A DNA stretch of 64,000 bases from an uncultured Actinomycetes bacterium (GCA_964556255.1 CAZKVQ010000008.1:1798-65797), one strand, 5' to 3'; numbered from the stretch's first letter, positions 39,092 to 51,094 are shown. Notes: a model not told the origin generated them from the sequence alone. Numbers and translations are program-made.

Positions 39092-40396
39092 ATGGGACTG
39101 ACCCCCGTCCTTACCGAGAACTGGGACGACCCCACCAACTGGACCGTCGCCGGCTACCGCAGCCACGGCGGCTACGCGACGCTACCCAAGGCGCTGGGTC
39201 AGGAACCCGACGCGATCATCTCGACGATGAAGGACTCCGGATTGCGGGGTCGAGGCGGCGCAGGCTTCCCCACCGGACTCAAGTGGTCCTTCGTTCCGCA
39301 GGGCGATGGCAGGCCTCACTACCTGGTGGTCAACGCCGACGAGAGCGAGCCCGGAGCCTGCAAAGACATCCCGTTGATGCTGGCCAACCCCCAGGCGCTC
39401 ATCGAAGGCATCGCGATCACCTGTTACGCGATTCGCTCGAACCACGCCTTCATCTACATCCGTGGCGAGGTGCCGCAGGTCATCCGTCGGGTCGAGGCGG
39501 CCGTGAGACAGGCGTACGAGGCCGGCTTCCTGGGCCAGAACATCCTCGGCAGCGGGTTCGACTGCGACGTCGTCGTCCACGCCGGTGCCGGCGCCTACAT
39601 CTGTGGTGAGGAGACGGCGCTGCTGGACAGCCTGGAGGGCCGCCGTGGGCAGCCCCGGCTGAAGCCGCCGTTCCCCGCGGTTGCCGGCCTGTACGCTTCG
39701 CCGACGGTCGTCAACAACGTCGAGACCATCTCCAACGTTCCCTACATCATCGGCAACGGCTCGGACTGGTTCCGCCAGTTCGGGACCGAGAAGTCTCCCG
39801 GCTTCAAGTTGTTCGCGGTGAGCGGCCACGTCGCCAACCCGGGCATCTACGAGGCCCCGTTGGGGATCACCATGCGCGAACTGCTGGAGTATGCCGGCGG
39901 AATGCGCAACGGTCACGACCTGAAGTTCTGGCTACCGGGAGGTTCATCGGTGCCGCTGCTGACAGCTGAGCACCTGGACATCCCGCTGACTTACGAGGAC
40001 ATCGCGGCGGCCGGTTCCATGTTGGGCACCGGAACCCCCATGATGTTCGACGAGACCACGTCGGTGGTGCGGGCGATCACGGGTTGGCTCGACTTCTACA
40101 AGCATGAGTCGTGCGGCAAATGCACCCCCTGCCGGGAAGGCACCTACTGGATCAACCAGGTGTTGCACCGGTTCGCCGCCGGCACCGGCACCCCGGAGGA
40201 TCTCGATACCTTGCAGGACCTCTGCGCCCAGATCCTGGGCCGGTCCTTCTGCGCCCTTGGAGACGCCGCGGCGACGCCCTACCCGGCAGCGATGAAGTAC
40301 TTTGCCGACGAGTTCGCCGCCGGAACCCACACGGCCGCCGATGAGTTGTTCGACCCGGTGGCTGCCACAGTGTTCGCGACTGCGGAGGCACGATGA
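39092..40396 (+). CDS. nuoF: NADH-quinone oxidoreductase subunit F
   Basis: 51-kDa subunit: FMN site GRGGAGFPTGLKW, NADH site GAGAYICGEETALL, N3 cluster ESCGKCTPCREG. Confidence 0.96.
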   Translation: MGLTPVLTENWDDPTNWTVAGYRSHGGYATLPKALGQEPDAIISTMKDSGLRGRGGAGFPTGLKWSFVPQGDGRPHYLVVNADESEPGACKDIPLMLANPQALIEGIAITCYAIRSNHAFIYIRGEVPQVIRRVEAAVRQAYEAGFLGQNILGSGFDCDVVVHAGAGAYICGEETALLDSLEGRRGQPRLKPPFPAVAGLYASPTVVNNVETISNVPYIIGNGSDWFRQFGTEKSPGFKLFAVSGHVANPGIYEAPLGITMRELLEYAGGMRNGHDLKFWLPGGSSVPLLTAEHLDIPLTYEDIAAAGSMLGTGTPMMFDETTSVVRAITGWLDFYKHESCGKCTPCREGTYWINQVLHRFAAGTGTPEDLDTLQDLCAQILGRSFCALGDAAATPYPAAMKYFADEFAAGTHTAADELFDPVAATVFATAEAR

Positions 40397-42927
40397 CGAC
40401 CACATCCGAGGCCCCCGGCGCCGTGGTGCCCTCCGGCCACATCACCGCGACCATCGACGACATCTCGATCGTGGTGCCCAAAGGCACACTGGTCATCCGT
40501 GCCGCGGAGCAGCTCGGCATCGAGATCCCGCGCTTCTGCGATCACCCGCTGCTCGAGCCGGTGGCCGCCTGTCGGATGTGCCTGATCGAGATCGAGGGCA
40601 TGCCGAAACCGCAGCCCGCCTGCGCCATCCCACTTACCGACGGCATGGTGGTTCGCACCCAGCAGACCTCAACGGTCGCCGACGTCGCCCAGCGCGGAGT
40701 GATGGAGTTCCTGCTGGTCAATCACCCGTTGGACTGCCCGGTGTGCGACAAAGGCGGCGAGTGCCCGCTGCAGAACCAGGCCATGACGGCCGGTCGCCCG
40801 ACCTCCAGATTCGACGGCACCAAGCGCACCTTCCCCAAGCCCATCAACGTCTCCGCCGAGATCCTGCTGGATCGGGAGCGTTGCGTCTCCTGCGCCCGCT
40901 GCACCAGGTTCGCCGACGAGATCGCCGGTGACGCCCTGATCGACCTGCTGGAGCGCGGCGCGAAGCAGCAGGTCGGAACCGCGTCCGATGTTCCGTTCGA
41001 CTCCTACTTCTCCGGCAACACCGTGCAGATCTGCCCGGTCGGTGCCCTGACGAGTGCGGGTTACCGCTTCCGGTCGCGACCGTTCGACCTCGTGAGCACG
41101 CCGACCGCGTGTGAGCACTGCGCCGCTGGTTGCGCCCTGCGCACCGATGCCCGGCGGGGCGTGGTGATGCGGCGATTGGCCGGCGACGACCCCAACGTGA
41201 ACTCCGAGTGGAACTGCGACAAGGGACGTTTCGCATTCACGTATCTGTCCTCGGGCCGGCTGACAACACCGCTCATCCGCGAGGACTCCGGTGAATTGCG
41301 GCCGGCATCGTGGCCGGAGGCGATCGGTCTGGTCGCGGAGCGGCTGGCGGAGGCCACTGGGGCGTCCGCGGTGCTGACGGGCGGACGGTTGACCCGTGAG
41401 GACGCCTACGCCTACGCCAAGTTCGCGAGGGTGGCGCTGGAATCCGACGACATCGACTTCCGTGCCCGACCCACCTCTGCCGAGGAGGCGTCGTTCCTCG
41501 CCGCTCGGGTGGCCGGCACAGGTCTGGGCGTCACCTATTCCGACATCGATACCGCGCCGGTGGTGGTGGTGGTCGGTTTTGAGCCGGAGGAGGAGTCGCC
41601 GATCGTTTTCCTGCGCCTCCGTCGCGCTGTCGACAAGGGCAACCTCAAGGTGGTGGCACTCGCCGCTTGGAACAGCCCCGGCTTCCGCAAGACCTCGGCC
41701 ACATTCATCGAGACCATCCCCGGGGACGAACCGGCGACGCTGGCAGGTTTGTCCGACCCGGACACCGCGGGTGACGTGGCGCAGTTACTGCGAACTCCAG
41801 GCGCGATCATCCTGGCGGGTGAGCGGCTCGCCACAGTTCCCGGCGGGTTCTCCGCGGCGGTGGCACTGGCTGCCGAGACAGGGGCGGCGTTGGCATGGGT
41901 CCCCAGACGGGCGGGTGAGCGGGGAGCCCTGGACGCGGGGGCGATCGCGGGGCTGCTGCCCGGTGGGCGACCGATCAGCGATCCGGGTGCCCGCGCTGAG
42001 GTGGCCGCTGCCTGGGGGCTGCCCCCGGATGCGCTGCCGTCCACCCCGGGGCGCGACCTCGAGCAGATCGTGTCGGTGCTGAATCTGCAGGTGGACGAGA
42101 TGGAGGCCGCGGCTGAGAACGATGCGGCGGGAGAGGCCGAGTTGGAGCCCTCCGCGGTGGTCGATTCCGAGAACGACCCCGAGGTCGAGAGCGAGTCCGA
42201 GCGTGGCGTCGAGGCGCTCGTTGTCGCCGGTCTGCAGGCTACCGACATGGTCGACCCGGAGAGCTTCCGTCGGGCGGCCACGGGCGCCGGATTCGTGGTC
42301 CACCTCGCTACCCATCCTTCCGACGTGACCGAGTTCGCCGATGTCGTGCTGCCGGTGAAGCTGGATGCCGAGCGCGCGGGCTCCTACAGCGATTGGGAGG
42401 GCCGGGTCAGGACCTTCGGTCAGGTTTTCCGCGACGCGGGCGGTTTCACCGACGGTCAGGTGCTGGCGCTGATCGCCAACGAGATGGGTCGACCCATCGG
42501 CTCCGGCGACACGGTGGAGTTCGCGCGGGAGGCAGCTTCGCTGGGGGAGTGGGACGACGTCCGAGTCGAGTTCGACCCGGTGTCCCCGGCGCCCGTCACG
42601 GTGGATCCCGATCAGGCGGTGCTCGCCACGTGGCGGCACCTGATCGACGATGGTGCCTTGCAGGCGGGCGAGCCCTACCTCGCCGCGACGGCCCGCCCGG
42701 TGGTGGCCCGGATCTGCCCCGCTTTCGCCGAGCGACTGGGAGTCGCCGACGGTGACGAGGTCGCCGTCTCCGCGGAATCAGGTGCCATCGTGGTTCCGGT
42801 GGCGGTCACGGACATGCCCGACCACACGGTCTGGTTGCCTACCAACTCGGGTCCCTCACGGGTCCACGAGGACCTGCACATGACGGCGGGTGCCGTCGTC
42901 CGCGTCACGGCCGGAGGTGCGACATGA
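40393..42927 (+). CDS. nuoG: NADH-quinone oxidoreductase subunit G
   Basis: 75-kDa subunit: 2Fe-2[43 protein letters not shown] and a molybdopterin-like C-terminal domain. Confidence 0.95.
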   Translation: MTTTSEAPGAVVPSGHITATIDDISIVVPKGTLVIRAAEQLGIEIPRFCDHPLLEPVAACRMCLIEIEGMPKPQPACAIPLTDGMVVRTQQTSTVADVAQRGVMEFLLVNHPLDCPVCDKGGECPLQNQAMTAGRPTSRFDGTKRTFPKPINVSAEILLDRERCVSCARCTRFADEIAGDALIDLLERGAKQQVGTASDVPFDSYFSGNTVQICPVGALTSAGYRFRSRPFDLVSTPTACEHCAAGCALRTDARRGVVMRRLAGDDPNVNSEWNCDKGRFAFTYLSSGRLTTPLIREDSGELRPASWPEAIGLVAERLAEATGASAVLTGGRLTREDAYAYAKFARVALESDDIDFRARPTSAEEASFLAARVAGTGLGVTYSDIDTAPVVVVVGFEPEEESPIVFLRLRRAVDKGNLKVVALAAWNSPGFRKTSATFIETIPGDEPATLAGLSDPDTAGDVAQLLRTPGAIILAGERLATVPGGFSAAVALAAETGAALAWVPRRAGERGALDAGAIAGLLPGGRPISDPGARAEVAAAWGLPPDALPSTPGRDLEQIVSVLNLQVDEMEAAAENDAAGEAELEPSAVVDSENDPEVESESERGVEALVVAGLQATDMVDPESFRRAATGAGFVVHLATHPSDVTEFADVVLPVKLDAERAGSYSDWEGRVRTFGQVFRDAGGFTDGQVLALIANEMGRPIGSGDTVEFAREAASLGEWDDVRVEFDPVSPAPVTVDPDQAVLATWRHLIDDGALQAGEPYLAATARPVVARICPAFAERLGVADGDEVAVSAESGAIVVPVAVTDMPDHTVWLPTNSGPSRVHEDLHMTAGAVVRVTAGGAT

Positions 42928-44231
42928 ATGATCCGGTGACCGCCGCGAGTTTCGGCTCGGATCCGGTGTGGTTGTCCATCGTCAAGGTGCTGGGCCTGTT
43001 CGTCCTGCTGGTGCTGATCGTGCTCTTCACGATCTGGTTCGAACGCCGGGTGGTCGGGCGGATGCAGTTGCGCATCGGTCCCAACCGGGCAGGCCCGCTG
43101 GGGCTGCTGCAAACCCTCATGGACGGCATCAAGCTGGCCTTGAAGGAGGAGATCTTCCCGAAGGCCGCGGACCGCGCGGTGTACATCATCGCACCGTTGG
43201 TGTCAGCCATCTGTGCCTTCATGGCCTTCGCCGTGATCCCACTGGGGCCGATGGTGTCGATGTTCGGACACTGGACCCCGCTGCAATTGGCGGACTTCCC
43301 GGTGGCGGTGCTCTACGTCCTGGCCATCGCCTCGATCGGCGTCTACGGCATCGTCCTCTCCGGCTGGTCGTCGGGTTCCACCTGGTCGCTGCTGGGTTCT
43401 CTGCGCTCCAGCGCCCAGGTCATCTCCTATGAGATCGCCATGTCGCTGTCGTTCGTGGCGGTCTTCCTCTTCGCAGGCTCCATGGGCACCTCGGAGATCG
43501 TCAATGCCCAGACCAGGCTCTGGTTCGTGATCCTGCTGCTGCCGTCCTTCATGATCTACGTAGTGTCGATGGTCGGTGAGACCAACCGCGCGCCGTTCGA
43601 CCTTCCGGAGGCGGAGTCCGAACTCACCGGTGGTTTCCATACCGAGTATTCGTCGCTGAAGTTCGCCATGTTCTTCCTGGCCGAGTACATCAACATGGTC
43701 ACCGTCTCAGCTCTGGCCACCACGCTCTTCCTGGGTGGCTGGCGCGCCCCCTGGCCGATCTCGATCTGGTCCGGGGCCAACGAGGGCTGGTGGCCGTTGT
43801 TGTGGTTCCTGCTCAAGGTCTTCGCCTTCATCTTCGTGTTCGTGTGGCTGCGCGGCACTCTGCCCCGGATGCGCTACGACCAGTTCATGCAGTTCGGCTG
43901 GAAGTTCCTCATCCCGGTGGCGATCCTCTGGATCCTGGTCGTGTCGGTGGCCCGCTACGTGGGCAACCAGCGGGACCTGTCGCTGACCGCGCTGGTCGTC
44001 ATCTTCGCGATCTGCCTCGGGCTGTTCATCGCGGTGGCATCTTGGATAAACGGCCGTCGGAAGACCGAACCCACGCCGCCACCGAAGGTTGTCGATGCTT
44101 TCGCGGGTGGATACCCCGTGCCCCCGCTGCCGGGTCAGCGGCTCGCCGAGGAGCGGCCTCGGGTGACGGTGCCGGCCAAGGCAGCAGAATTGTCTGGTAG
44201 CGACGATGACGAGGGGGTGGACGATGCCTGA
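42924..44231 (+). CDS. nuoH: NADH-quinone oxidoreductase subunit H
   Basis: ND1 family: [11 protein letters not shown] and [17 protein letters not shown]. Confidence 0.95.
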   Translation: MNDPVTAASFGSDPVWLSIVKVLGLFVLLVLIVLFTIWFERRVVGRMQLRIGPNRAGPLGLLQTLMDGIKLALKEEIFPKAADRAVYIIAPLVSAICAFMAFAVIPLGPMVSMFGHWTPLQLADFPVAVLYVLAIASIGVYGIVLSGWSSGSTWSLLGSLRSSAQVISYEIAMSLSFVAVFLFAGSMGTSEIVNAQTRLWFVILLLPSFMIYVVSMVGETNRAPFDLPEAESELTGGFHTEYSSLKFAMFFLAEYINMVTVSALATTLFLGGWRAPWPISIWSGANEGWWPLLWFLLKVFAFIFVFVWLRGTLPRMRYDQFMQFGWKFLIPVAILWILVVSVARYVGNQRDLSLTALVVIFAICLGLFIAVASWINGRRKTEPTPPPKVVDAFAGGYPVPPLPGQRLAEERPRVTVPAKAAELSGSDDDEGVDDA

Positions 44232-44778
44232 GATGCCACAGGCGGTGAAGGGTTTCGGTATCACCTTCAAGTCCATGTTCAAGAAGGTCGTCACCGTCCA
44301 GTACCCCGAAGAGAAGCAGCCGGTGAAGCCGCGCTTCCATGGCCGCCACCAGCTGAACCGTCACCCCGACGGCCTGGAGAAGTGCGTTGGCTGCGAACTG
44401 TGCGCCTGGGCCTGCCCGGCCGACGCCATCTACGTCGAGGGGGCACCGAACACCGACGAGGAGCGATTCTCGCCCGGCGAGCGGTACGGCCGGGTGTATC
44501 AGATCAACTATCTGCGCTGCATCTTCTGCGGGCTGTGCATCGAAGCCTGCCCCACCCGTGCACTGACGATGACCCACGAGTACGAGTTGGCCGATGACAA
44601 CCGGACGGATCTGATCTACGAGAAGAGCGAGCTACTGGGTCCGCTGCTGCCCGGGATGGTTGCGCCACCCCACGCGATGGTCGAGGGGACGACGGAGAAG
44701 GATTACTACACGGGCGAGGTCACCGGGGCCTCAGCCGAGCAGATCGCGGCAGCCCGCGAGGCGAGGAGCGCAACATGA
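44224..44778 (+). CDS. nuoI: NADH-quinone oxidoreductase subunit I
   Basis: Two CxxCxxCxxxCP motifs ([24 protein letters not shown]). The ATG at 44224 overlaps the 3' end of nuoH. Confidence 0.94.
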   Translation: MPEMPQAVKGFGITFKSMFKKVVTVQYPEEKQPVKPRFHGRHQLNRHPDGLEKCVGCELCAWACPADAIYVEGAPNTDEERFSPGERYGRVYQINYLRCIFCGLCIEACPTRALTMTHEYELADDNRTDLIYEKSELLGPLLPGMVAPPHAMVEGTTEKDYYTGEVTGASAEQIAAAREARSAT

Positions 44779-45596
44779 GCGCCAGCAGCCTGCTCGCCGT
44801 TGCCAGCACCGGCGAGGCCTGGGTCTTCTGGATCTGTGGCGGTCTTGCCGTGCTGGGCGCGCTGGGGATGATCCTGTCGCGCAAGGCCGTGCACAGCGCG
44901 CTGTTCGTGGCGATGACGATGATCAACCTGGCGATCCTCTACATCTCCCTCCAGGCGCCGTTCCTGGGGATGGTGCAGGTCATCGTCTACACCGGCGCGG
45001 TCATGATGCTGTTCCTATTCGTGCTGATGATGGTCGGCGTCGACTCAGCGGACAGTCTTGTGGAGACCATTCGCGGTCAGCGGCTGGCGGCCCTGCTGTT
45101 CGGTATCGGATTCGTGGTGTTGGTCGCCGGCGCCGTCATCAAGGGCATCGGGGCCGTGCCCAACGGCAACCTCGACTCGGCCAACAGCCTCTACGGCGGC
45201 AATGTCCAGGGGATCGGCGCGCTTGTGTTCACCAGGTACGTGTTCGCCTTCGAGATCACCGCCGCCCTGCTCATCACCGCGGCGCTCGGTGCGATGCTGC
45301 TAGCCCACCGGGAGCGGCTGAACCCGCAGCAGTCCCAACGCGAGCGAGCCGTGGAGAGATTCGCCGGGGATGCCTACCCCGGGCCGAAACCGCCGCCAGG
45401 GACCTACGCTCGCCACAACGCTGTGGACACTCCCGCGCTGCTGCCCGATGGCACTACGGCGACCGACTCGATCCCGGCCCCGTTGCGCGCGAGGGGCTCG
45501 GTACGCAAGGTCAACCCGGAGGACATCGAGGAAGTCTCGGACGTCTCGGCGGGGCGGGCAGTGATGCCCGGCGAAATCTCGGGGAAGGGGGAGTAG
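44775..45596 (+). CDS. nuoJ: NADH-quinone oxidoreductase subunit J
   Basis: ND6-like membrane protein with a C-terminal hydrophilic extension, in the expected operon position. Confidence 0.9.
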   Translation: MSASSLLAVASTGEAWVFWICGGLAVLGALGMILSRKAVHSALFVAMTMINLAILYISLQAPFLGMVQVIVYTGAVMMLFLFVLMMVGVDSADSLVETIRGQRLAALLFGIGFVVLVAGAVIKGIGAVPNGNLDSANSLYGGNVQGIGALVFTRYVFAFEITAALLITAALGAMLLAHRERLNPQQSQRERAVERFAGDAYPGPKPPPGTYARHNAVDTPALLPDGTTATDSIPAPLRARGSVRKVNPEDIEEVSDVSAGRAVMPGEISGKGE

Positions 45597-45599
45597 GCC

Positions 45600-45899
45600 G
45601 TGACACCCACCTACTACATCGTGCTGTCGGCGATCCTGTTCTCGCTGGGCGCCCTCGGGGTACTCGTGCGACGCAACGCGATCATCGTCTTCATGTGCGT
45701 CGAGATGATGCTGAACGCCAGCAACCTGGCCTTCGTCGCGTTCGCCCGCGCCAACGGCAATCTCGACGGCCAGGCGGTGGCGTTTTTCGTGATGGTCGTG
45801 GCCGCCGCCGAAGTCGTGGTGGGACTCGCGATCATCGTGACCATCTTCCGGGTCCGCCGTTCAGCCTCGGTGGACGAACCCAGTCTGCTTAGGTACTAG
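45600..45899 (+). CDS. nuoK: NADH-quinone oxidoreductase subunit K
   Basis: 99-aa ND4L-like protein with 3 TM helices and conserved Glu residues ([19 protein letters not shown]). Confidence 0.93.
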   Translation: MTPTYYIVLSAILFSLGALGVLVRRNAIIVFMCVEMMLNASNLAFVAFARANGNLDGQAVAFFVMVVAAAEVVVGLAIIVTIFRVRRSASVDEPSLLRY

Positions 45900-45945
45900 G
45901 GGCGAACATGGGCTACTTGGCAGACCAGACACGCATGGAGGCGGT

Positions 45946-47889
45946 GTGAACGCGACCCTTGCTGCCGCCGCTTCCAGCGAAACCGGCGCGGCCTCTGTGC
46001 AGCACCTTGCAACGGCTTCGGGCGTCTTCTCGTACGTATGGGTGATCATCGCCCTGCCACTGCTGGGTTGCGCCGTGCTGCTACTCGGCGGACGGCGTAC
46101 CAACAAGTGGGGCCACCTGCTGGCGATCCTGATGGTGTGGTCCTCGTTCGTGCTCGGCGTCATCATGTTCTTCTCGATGATGGCCAAGCCCAGCGAGGAA
46201 CGGGGAGTCCAACAGACGCTCTACAACTGGTTCACGGTGGGCAATTTCAACGCCTCCTTCGGGTTCCAGCTCGATCAGCTGTCCATCGTCTTCGTACTGC
46301 TCATCACCGGGGTCGGTGGCCTGATCCACATCTACTCGGTGGGATACATGGCCGAGGATCCCGAACGGCGTAAGTTCTTCGCGTTCCTCAACCTGTTCAT
46401 CGCAGCCATGCTGCTGCTGGTCCTGGCCGATAACTACGCCTTGCTCTACTTCGGCTGGGAGGGCGTCGGTCTGGCTTCCTACCTGCTTGTGGGTTTCTGG
46501 CAGTACAAGCCGTCGGCAGCCGTGGCCGCGAAGAAGGCCTTCGTGGTCAACCGGGTCGGCGACTTCGGGCTCTCGATTGCCGTGATGCTGATCTTCTTCA
46601 CATTCGGCTCCGTGAGTTTCCCGGAGGTGTTCGACAACGCCAGCAAGGCCGACTCGACGATGCTCAACCTGATCGGGATCGCGCTGCTGATCGGGGCCTG
46701 TGCGAAATCCGCCCAGTTCCCGTTGCACTCCTGGTTGTTCGACGCCATGGAGGGCCCGACCCCGGTGTCGGCTCTTATCCACGCTGCGACGATGGTCACG
46801 GCCGGGGTCTACCTGATCGCCCGCTCCAACCCCATCTTCAACCTCGCGCACGTGGCCACGACAATCGTCATCATCGTCGGCTGTATCAGCCTGCTCGGCG
46901 GCGCCATCATCGGAATGGCCAGAGACGAGATCAAGAAGGCGCTGGCGGGCTCGACCATGTCCCAGATCGGATACATGATCATCGCCGTCGGCCTCGGCCC
47001 CGCCGGGTACATCTTCGGCATCTTCCACCTGCTGCTGCACGGCTTCTTCAAGGCCGATCTGTTCCTCGGCGCAGGATCGGTCATGCATGCGATGAACAAC
47101 CAGGAGAACATGCGTCGCTACGGCGCGCTCCGGACGGTCATGGTGGCCACCTTCGTGACCTTCCTGGCCGGTTACCTGGCGATCATGGGTATCTGGCCGT
47201 TCGACGGCTTCTACTCCAAGGACAAGATCATCGAAGCCGCGTTCGGCCAGAACATCTTCGTCGGCCTGGTGACGCTGTTCGGTGCCATGCTGACCGGCTT
47301 CTACATGACCCGCATCTTCGTTCTGACCTTCCTCGGTAAGGCCCGTTGGGAGGACGATGACCATCCGCACGAGTCCCCGCCGGTGATGGTCATCCCGATG
47401 GCGATTCTGGCGCTGCTCAGCACAGTGGCCGGCTTCTACCTGGCGTTGAACGGCAAGTTCGAGAGCTGGCTCGAGCCGGTACTCGGATTCACCGAGCACG
47501 AGTTGCCCTTCCCGGCGTGGACCTACTCGCTGGCAACCCTGGTGCTGACGCTGATTGCGGTGTTCATCACGGCCAAGCAATACGCGCGTGATGTGCCGCT
47601 GACGGCGCCGCAGCACGTCAGCTTCCTCACGAAGGCGGCCAGGGTCAACTTGTACAGCGACGCCTTCAACGAGGCCGTCTTCATGCGCCCCGGCCAGTAC
47701 CTGACCCGGTCGATGGTCTGGTTCGACCACGCCGCCGTCGATGGCACGGTGAACGGTGGCGCGGCGACGGTGGGCGGGCTCTCCTCTCGGTTGCGTCGTT
47801 GGCAGACGGGCTACGCGCGCACCTACGCACTGTCCATGCTCGGTGGCGCGGTCCTCGTGATCGGCGCCCTGTTCTTGGTGAGGCTGTGA
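45946..47889 (+). CDS. nuoL: NADH-quinone oxidoreductase subunit L
   Basis: ND5 antiporter-like subunit: FGWEGVGLASYLLVGFW and a long C-terminal lateral-helix region. Confidence 0.95.
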   Translation: MNATLAAAASSETGAASVQHLATASGVFSYVWVIIALPLLGCAVLLLGGRRTNKWGHLLAILMVWSSFVLGVIMFFSMMAKPSEERGVQQTLYNWFTVGNFNASFGFQLDQLSIVFVLLITGVGGLIHIYSVGYMAEDPERRKFFAFLNLFIAAMLLLVLADNYALLYFGWEGVGLASYLLVGFWQYKPSAAVAAKKAFVVNRVGDFGLSIAVMLIFFTFGSVSFPEVFDNASKADSTMLNLIGIALLIGACAKSAQFPLHSWLFDAMEGPTPVSALIHAATMVTAGVYLIARSNPIFNLAHVATTIVIIVGCISLLGGAIIGMARDEIKKALAGSTMSQIGYMIIAVGLGPAGYIFGIFHLLLHGFFKADLFLGAGSVMHAMNNQENMRRYGALRTVMVATFVTFLAGYLAIMGIWPFDGFYSKDKIIEAAFGQNIFVGLVTLFGAMLTGFYMTRIFVLTFLGKARWEDDDHPHESPPVMVIPMAILALLSTVAGFYLALNGKFESWLEPVLGFTEHELPFPAWTYSLATLVLTLIAVFITAKQYARDVPLTAPQHVSFLTKAARVNLYSDAFNEAVFMRPGQYLTRSMVWFDHAAVDGTVNGGAATVGGLSSRLRRWQTGYARTYALSMLGGAVLVIGALFLVRL

Positions 47890-47891
47890 CC

Positions 47892-49445
47892 ATGGACTCC
47901 TTTCCCTGGCTGACAGCGCTCGCGCTGGTCCCTCTCGTCGGCGCCATCGTGGTGGCGCTGATGCCGGCCGGTCGAGATGTGCTCGCCAAGAAAGTCGGCC
48001 TCGGCTTCGCGATCGTGCCGGTGCTGATGGTGATCGTTATGGGTCTGCTGTTCAAGCCCAACGCGACCGAGCAGTTCCAGTTCACCGAGAGCGTCCCGTG
48101 GATCCGCTCCTTCGGCGTCTCCTACTCCGTCGGCGTCGACGGGATCGCGTTGGTACTCATAGCGATGTCCGTCATCCTGGTCCCGATCGTGCTGATCGCC
48201 GGCTGGAACGAGGGTGATGATTCACTCTCCGGCGCTTCCGTCAAGGGCTACGTCGCGCTGATCCTGGCGCTCGAGACCTGCATCATCCTGGTCTTCAGCG
48301 CCACCGACGTGTTCCTGTTCTACGTCTTCTTCGAAGTAATGCTGATCCCGATGTTCTATCTGATCGGGCGCTACGGCGGACCCCAACGCAGCTATGCCGC
48401 GGTCAAGTTCCTGCTCTACAGCCTCCTCGGCGGGCTGTTCATGCTCGCCGCGTTGATCGGCCTCTACGTCACGGCGGGTCGCGAACTCGGTGCCGGCACC
48501 TTCGACTTCACGGTGCTGAGCCAACTCAACATGGATCCGGGAACGCAGAAGATGCTGTTCCTCGGCTTCTTCTTCGCCTTCGCGGTCAAGGCGCCGATGT
48601 TCCCGTTCCACACCTGGTTGCCGGATGCCGCGGCTGAATCCAAGCCGGGCAGTGCAGTGCTGATGATCGGTGTCCTGGACAAGGTCGGCACGTTCGGCAT
48701 GATCCGCCTGTGCCTGCCGATCTTCCCCGAGGCCTCCGCCTACTTCGCCCCGGCCATCATCGTGCTCGCCGTCATCGGCATCATCTACGGGGCACTGCTG
48801 GCCATTGGACAGACGGACATCACCCGACTGATCGCCTACACCTCGATTTCGCACTTCGGCTTCATCGTGCTGGGCATCTTCGCGTTCACCACCCAGTCCC
48901 AGTCCGGATCGACGCTGTACATGGTCAACCACGGCTTCACGACGGCCGGCATGTTCATTCTGGCTGGGTACCTGATTTCCCGCCGTGGCTCCAAATACAT
49001 CGCCGACTACGGCGGTGTTTCCAAGGTGGCGCCGATATTGGCCGGCACCTTCCTGGTCGTCGGACTGTCCTCACTGGCGCTCCCGGGCCTTGCCAGCTTC
49101 GTCAGTGAGTTCCTGGTGCTGGTCGGTAGCTTCACCCGGCATCCGTATGCCGCAGTGATCGCGACGTTGGGCATCATCCTGGCCGCGATCTACATCCTGT
49201 GGCTCTACCAACGGATGATGACCGGCCCGGTCAAATCGGGCTGCGAGGGTATGAAGGACCTTAACGTCCGCGAATCCACCGGCATCGCGCCGGTCATCGC
49301 CATCCTGCTCGTGTTGGGCTTCTTCCCGATGACACTGTTGAACGTGATCAACCCGGCCGTTGATCGAACCATGGCGCAGACCGGGCAGACCGATCCGCCG
49401 CCGGTGGTCAATATCAGCACGTCGAGCCAAGGGGGTGTCCAGTGA
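47892..49445 (+). CDS. nuoM: NADH-quinone oxidoreductase subunit M
   Basis: ND4 antiporter-like subunit: FEVMLIPMFYLIG and FPFHTWLPDA. Start at ATG 47892, 3 nt after the nuoL stop codon. Confidence 0.95.
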   Translation: MDSFPWLTALALVPLVGAIVVALMPAGRDVLAKKVGLGFAIVPVLMVIVMGLLFKPNATEQFQFTESVPWIRSFGVSYSVGVDGIALVLIAMSVILVPIVLIAGWNEGDDSLSGASVKGYVALILALETCIILVFSATDVFLFYVFFEVMLIPMFYLIGRYGGPQRSYAAVKFLLYSLLGGLFMLAALIGLYVTAGRELGAGTFDFTVLSQLNMDPGTQKMLFLGFFFAFAVKAPMFPFHTWLPDAAAESKPGSAVLMIGVLDKVGTFGMIRLCLPIFPEASAYFAPAIIVLAVIGIIYGALLAIGQTDITRLIAYTSISHFGFIVLGIFAFTTQSQSGSTLYMVNHGFTTAGMFILAGYLISRRGSKYIADYGGVSKVAPILAGTFLVVGLSSLALPGLASFVSEFLVLVGSFTRHPYAAVIATLGIILAAIYILWLYQRMMTGPVKSGCEGMKDLNVRESTGIAPVIAILLVLGFFPMTLLNVINPAVDRTMAQTGQTDPPPVVNISTSSQGGVQ

Positions 49446-51007
49446 TCAGCGCCCTGGCCGCCGCCGCGGACCCGCAGTCGATCCAGACCGCCGACATCAA
49501 CTATGCCCAGATCGCACCCATCCTGATTGTTTTCCTGGCAGCCCTGGTCAGTGTTCTGCTGGAGGCGCTGCTTCGCCGTCCGGCCCGTCGGCAGGCCCAA
49601 CTCACCCTCGTCACGGTGGCGCTGCTCGCGTCCCTGGTCACGGTGTTCCTGCTGGCGGGCACCAACAGCCTGACCGCGGGGGGAGCGCTGGCCATCGATG
49701 CCCCCGGCCTGTTCATGCAAGGATCCATCTTGCTGTTGGCGTTGCTGGCCGCCTTCGTGATGTTCGAACGTCGGGTGGATCCGGCAGGTGACGCCTTCAC
49801 TGCTCGGGCCTCGGCTTTGCCGGGCAGCGAGGACGAGCAGGGGTTCACCCGAGAGGGCTGGCTGCAGACCGAGATCTGGCCGCTGTTCCTGTTCTGCGTC
49901 GGCGGCATGTTGACCTTCGTCGTGTCGAACGACCTGCTGACGATGTTCGTCGCGCTGGAGGTCATGTCCCTCCCGCTCTATCTGCTGGTCGCCATGTCCC
50001 GCCGCCGCCGTCTGCTGAGCCAGGAAGCGTCGCTCAAGTACTTCCTGCTCGGGGCGTTCGGTTCGGCGTTCTTCCTCTACGGATCGGCGATGACCTACGG
50101 GTTCGCCGGAACTCTGGGATTCGGTGGGATCGCATCGAAGATGACGGCGCTGGCCGGGCCCAACGGACTGCTGATCACCGGGATCGGTTTGATCGCGGTG
50201 GGCCTGCTGTTCAAACTCGGCGCGGTGCCGTTCCACCAGTGGGTTCCGGACGTGTACCAAGGAGCGCCGACACCGCTGACCGGATTCATGGCGGCGGCTG
50301 TGAAGTTGGCCGCCTTCGGTGCGCTGCTGCGCATCATGTATGTCGCCTTCGGTGGCGCCCGCTGGGACTGGCGTCCGGCGTTCTGGATCATCGCGGTGCT
50401 GACGATGTTGGTCGGCGTGATCCTGGCACTGACCCAGAACGACGTGAAGCGGATGCTCGCTTACTCCTCCATCGCCCACGCCGGGTTCCTGTTGATCGGT
50501 GTGCTGGCAACGAACAACACCGGCCTCGGCGGGACCATGTTCTACCTGCTGGCCTACGGCGTCTCGACCATCGGTGCCTTCGCCCTGGTCGCCCTCGTGC
50601 GCGATCCGGCCGGCGAGGCCACGAGTCTGTCCTCCTGGGTCGGGTTGGGACGGACCTCACCACTCGTCGCGGGGGCATTCGCCCTGTTCCTGCTGGCCTT
50701 CGCCGGTATCCCGCTGACCTCCGGCTTCACCTCGAAGTTCTACGTCTTCACCGCTGGTATCGCCGGCGGCGCCACCCCGGTCGTCATCTTCGCGGTCATC
50801 GCAAGTGCCATCGCGGTGTTCTTCTACGGACGTGTGATCGTGTTGATGTTCTTCACCAAGCCGAAGGGGGAGGGTCCGTCGGTGGTGGTGCCGAGCACCA
50901 TGACGGCCATCTCCATCGGGTTCGCAGTTGCCTTCACCGTTCTGCTCGGCGTCGTCCCCCAGGCCATGCTCGATGTCGCGGAGAAGGCGAGTACCTTCAT
51001 CAGGTAG
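49442..51007 (+). CDS. nuoN: NADH-quinone oxidoreductase subunit N
   Basis: ND2 antiporter-like subunit: ALEVMSLPLY and PFHQWVPDVYQGAPTP. GTGA overlap with nuoM. Confidence 0.95.
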   Translation: MISALAAAADPQSIQTADINYAQIAPILIVFLAALVSVLLEALLRRPARRQAQLTLVTVALLASLVTVFLLAGTNSLTAGGALAIDAPGLFMQGSILLLALLAAFVMFERRVDPAGDAFTARASALPGSEDEQGFTREGWLQTEIWPLFLFCVGGMLTFVVSNDLLTMFVALEVMSLPLYLLVAMSRRRRLLSQEASLKYFLLGAFGSAFFLYGSAMTYGFAGTLGFGGIASKMTALAGPNGLLITGIGLIAVGLLFKLGAVPFHQWVPDVYQGAPTPLTGFMAAAVKLAAFGALLRIMYVAFGGARWDWRPAFWIIAVLTMLVGVILALTQNDVKRMLAYSSIAHAGFLLIGVLATNNTGLGGTMFYLLAYGVSTIGAFALVALVRDPAGEATSLSSWVGLGRTSPLVAGAFALFLLAFAGIPLTSGFTSKFYVFTAGIAGGATPVVIFAVIASAIAVFFYGRVIVLMFFTKPKGEGPSVVVPSTMTAISIGFAVAFTVLLGVVPQAMLDVAEKASTFIR

Positions 51008-51094
51008 CCGGCGCGGGGTCGTTGTACCGTCATAGTGTGTGATTGGCTTCGGCAGCCGCCGGAGTACCGACGTTAGGCCCGGAGTTCGTCGGGC

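Noticed and set aside
46081-47730. 549-aa minus-strand ORF inside nuoL; similar ones lie at 49205-50479 (nuoM/N), 36914-38278 (nuoD), 13490-14992 (fadD) and 41785-42639 (nuoG)
   Set aside because: All are antisense to strongly supported genes and encode charged, repeat-like sequence (runs of D, E, H, R, Q, G) with no TM or domain logic.
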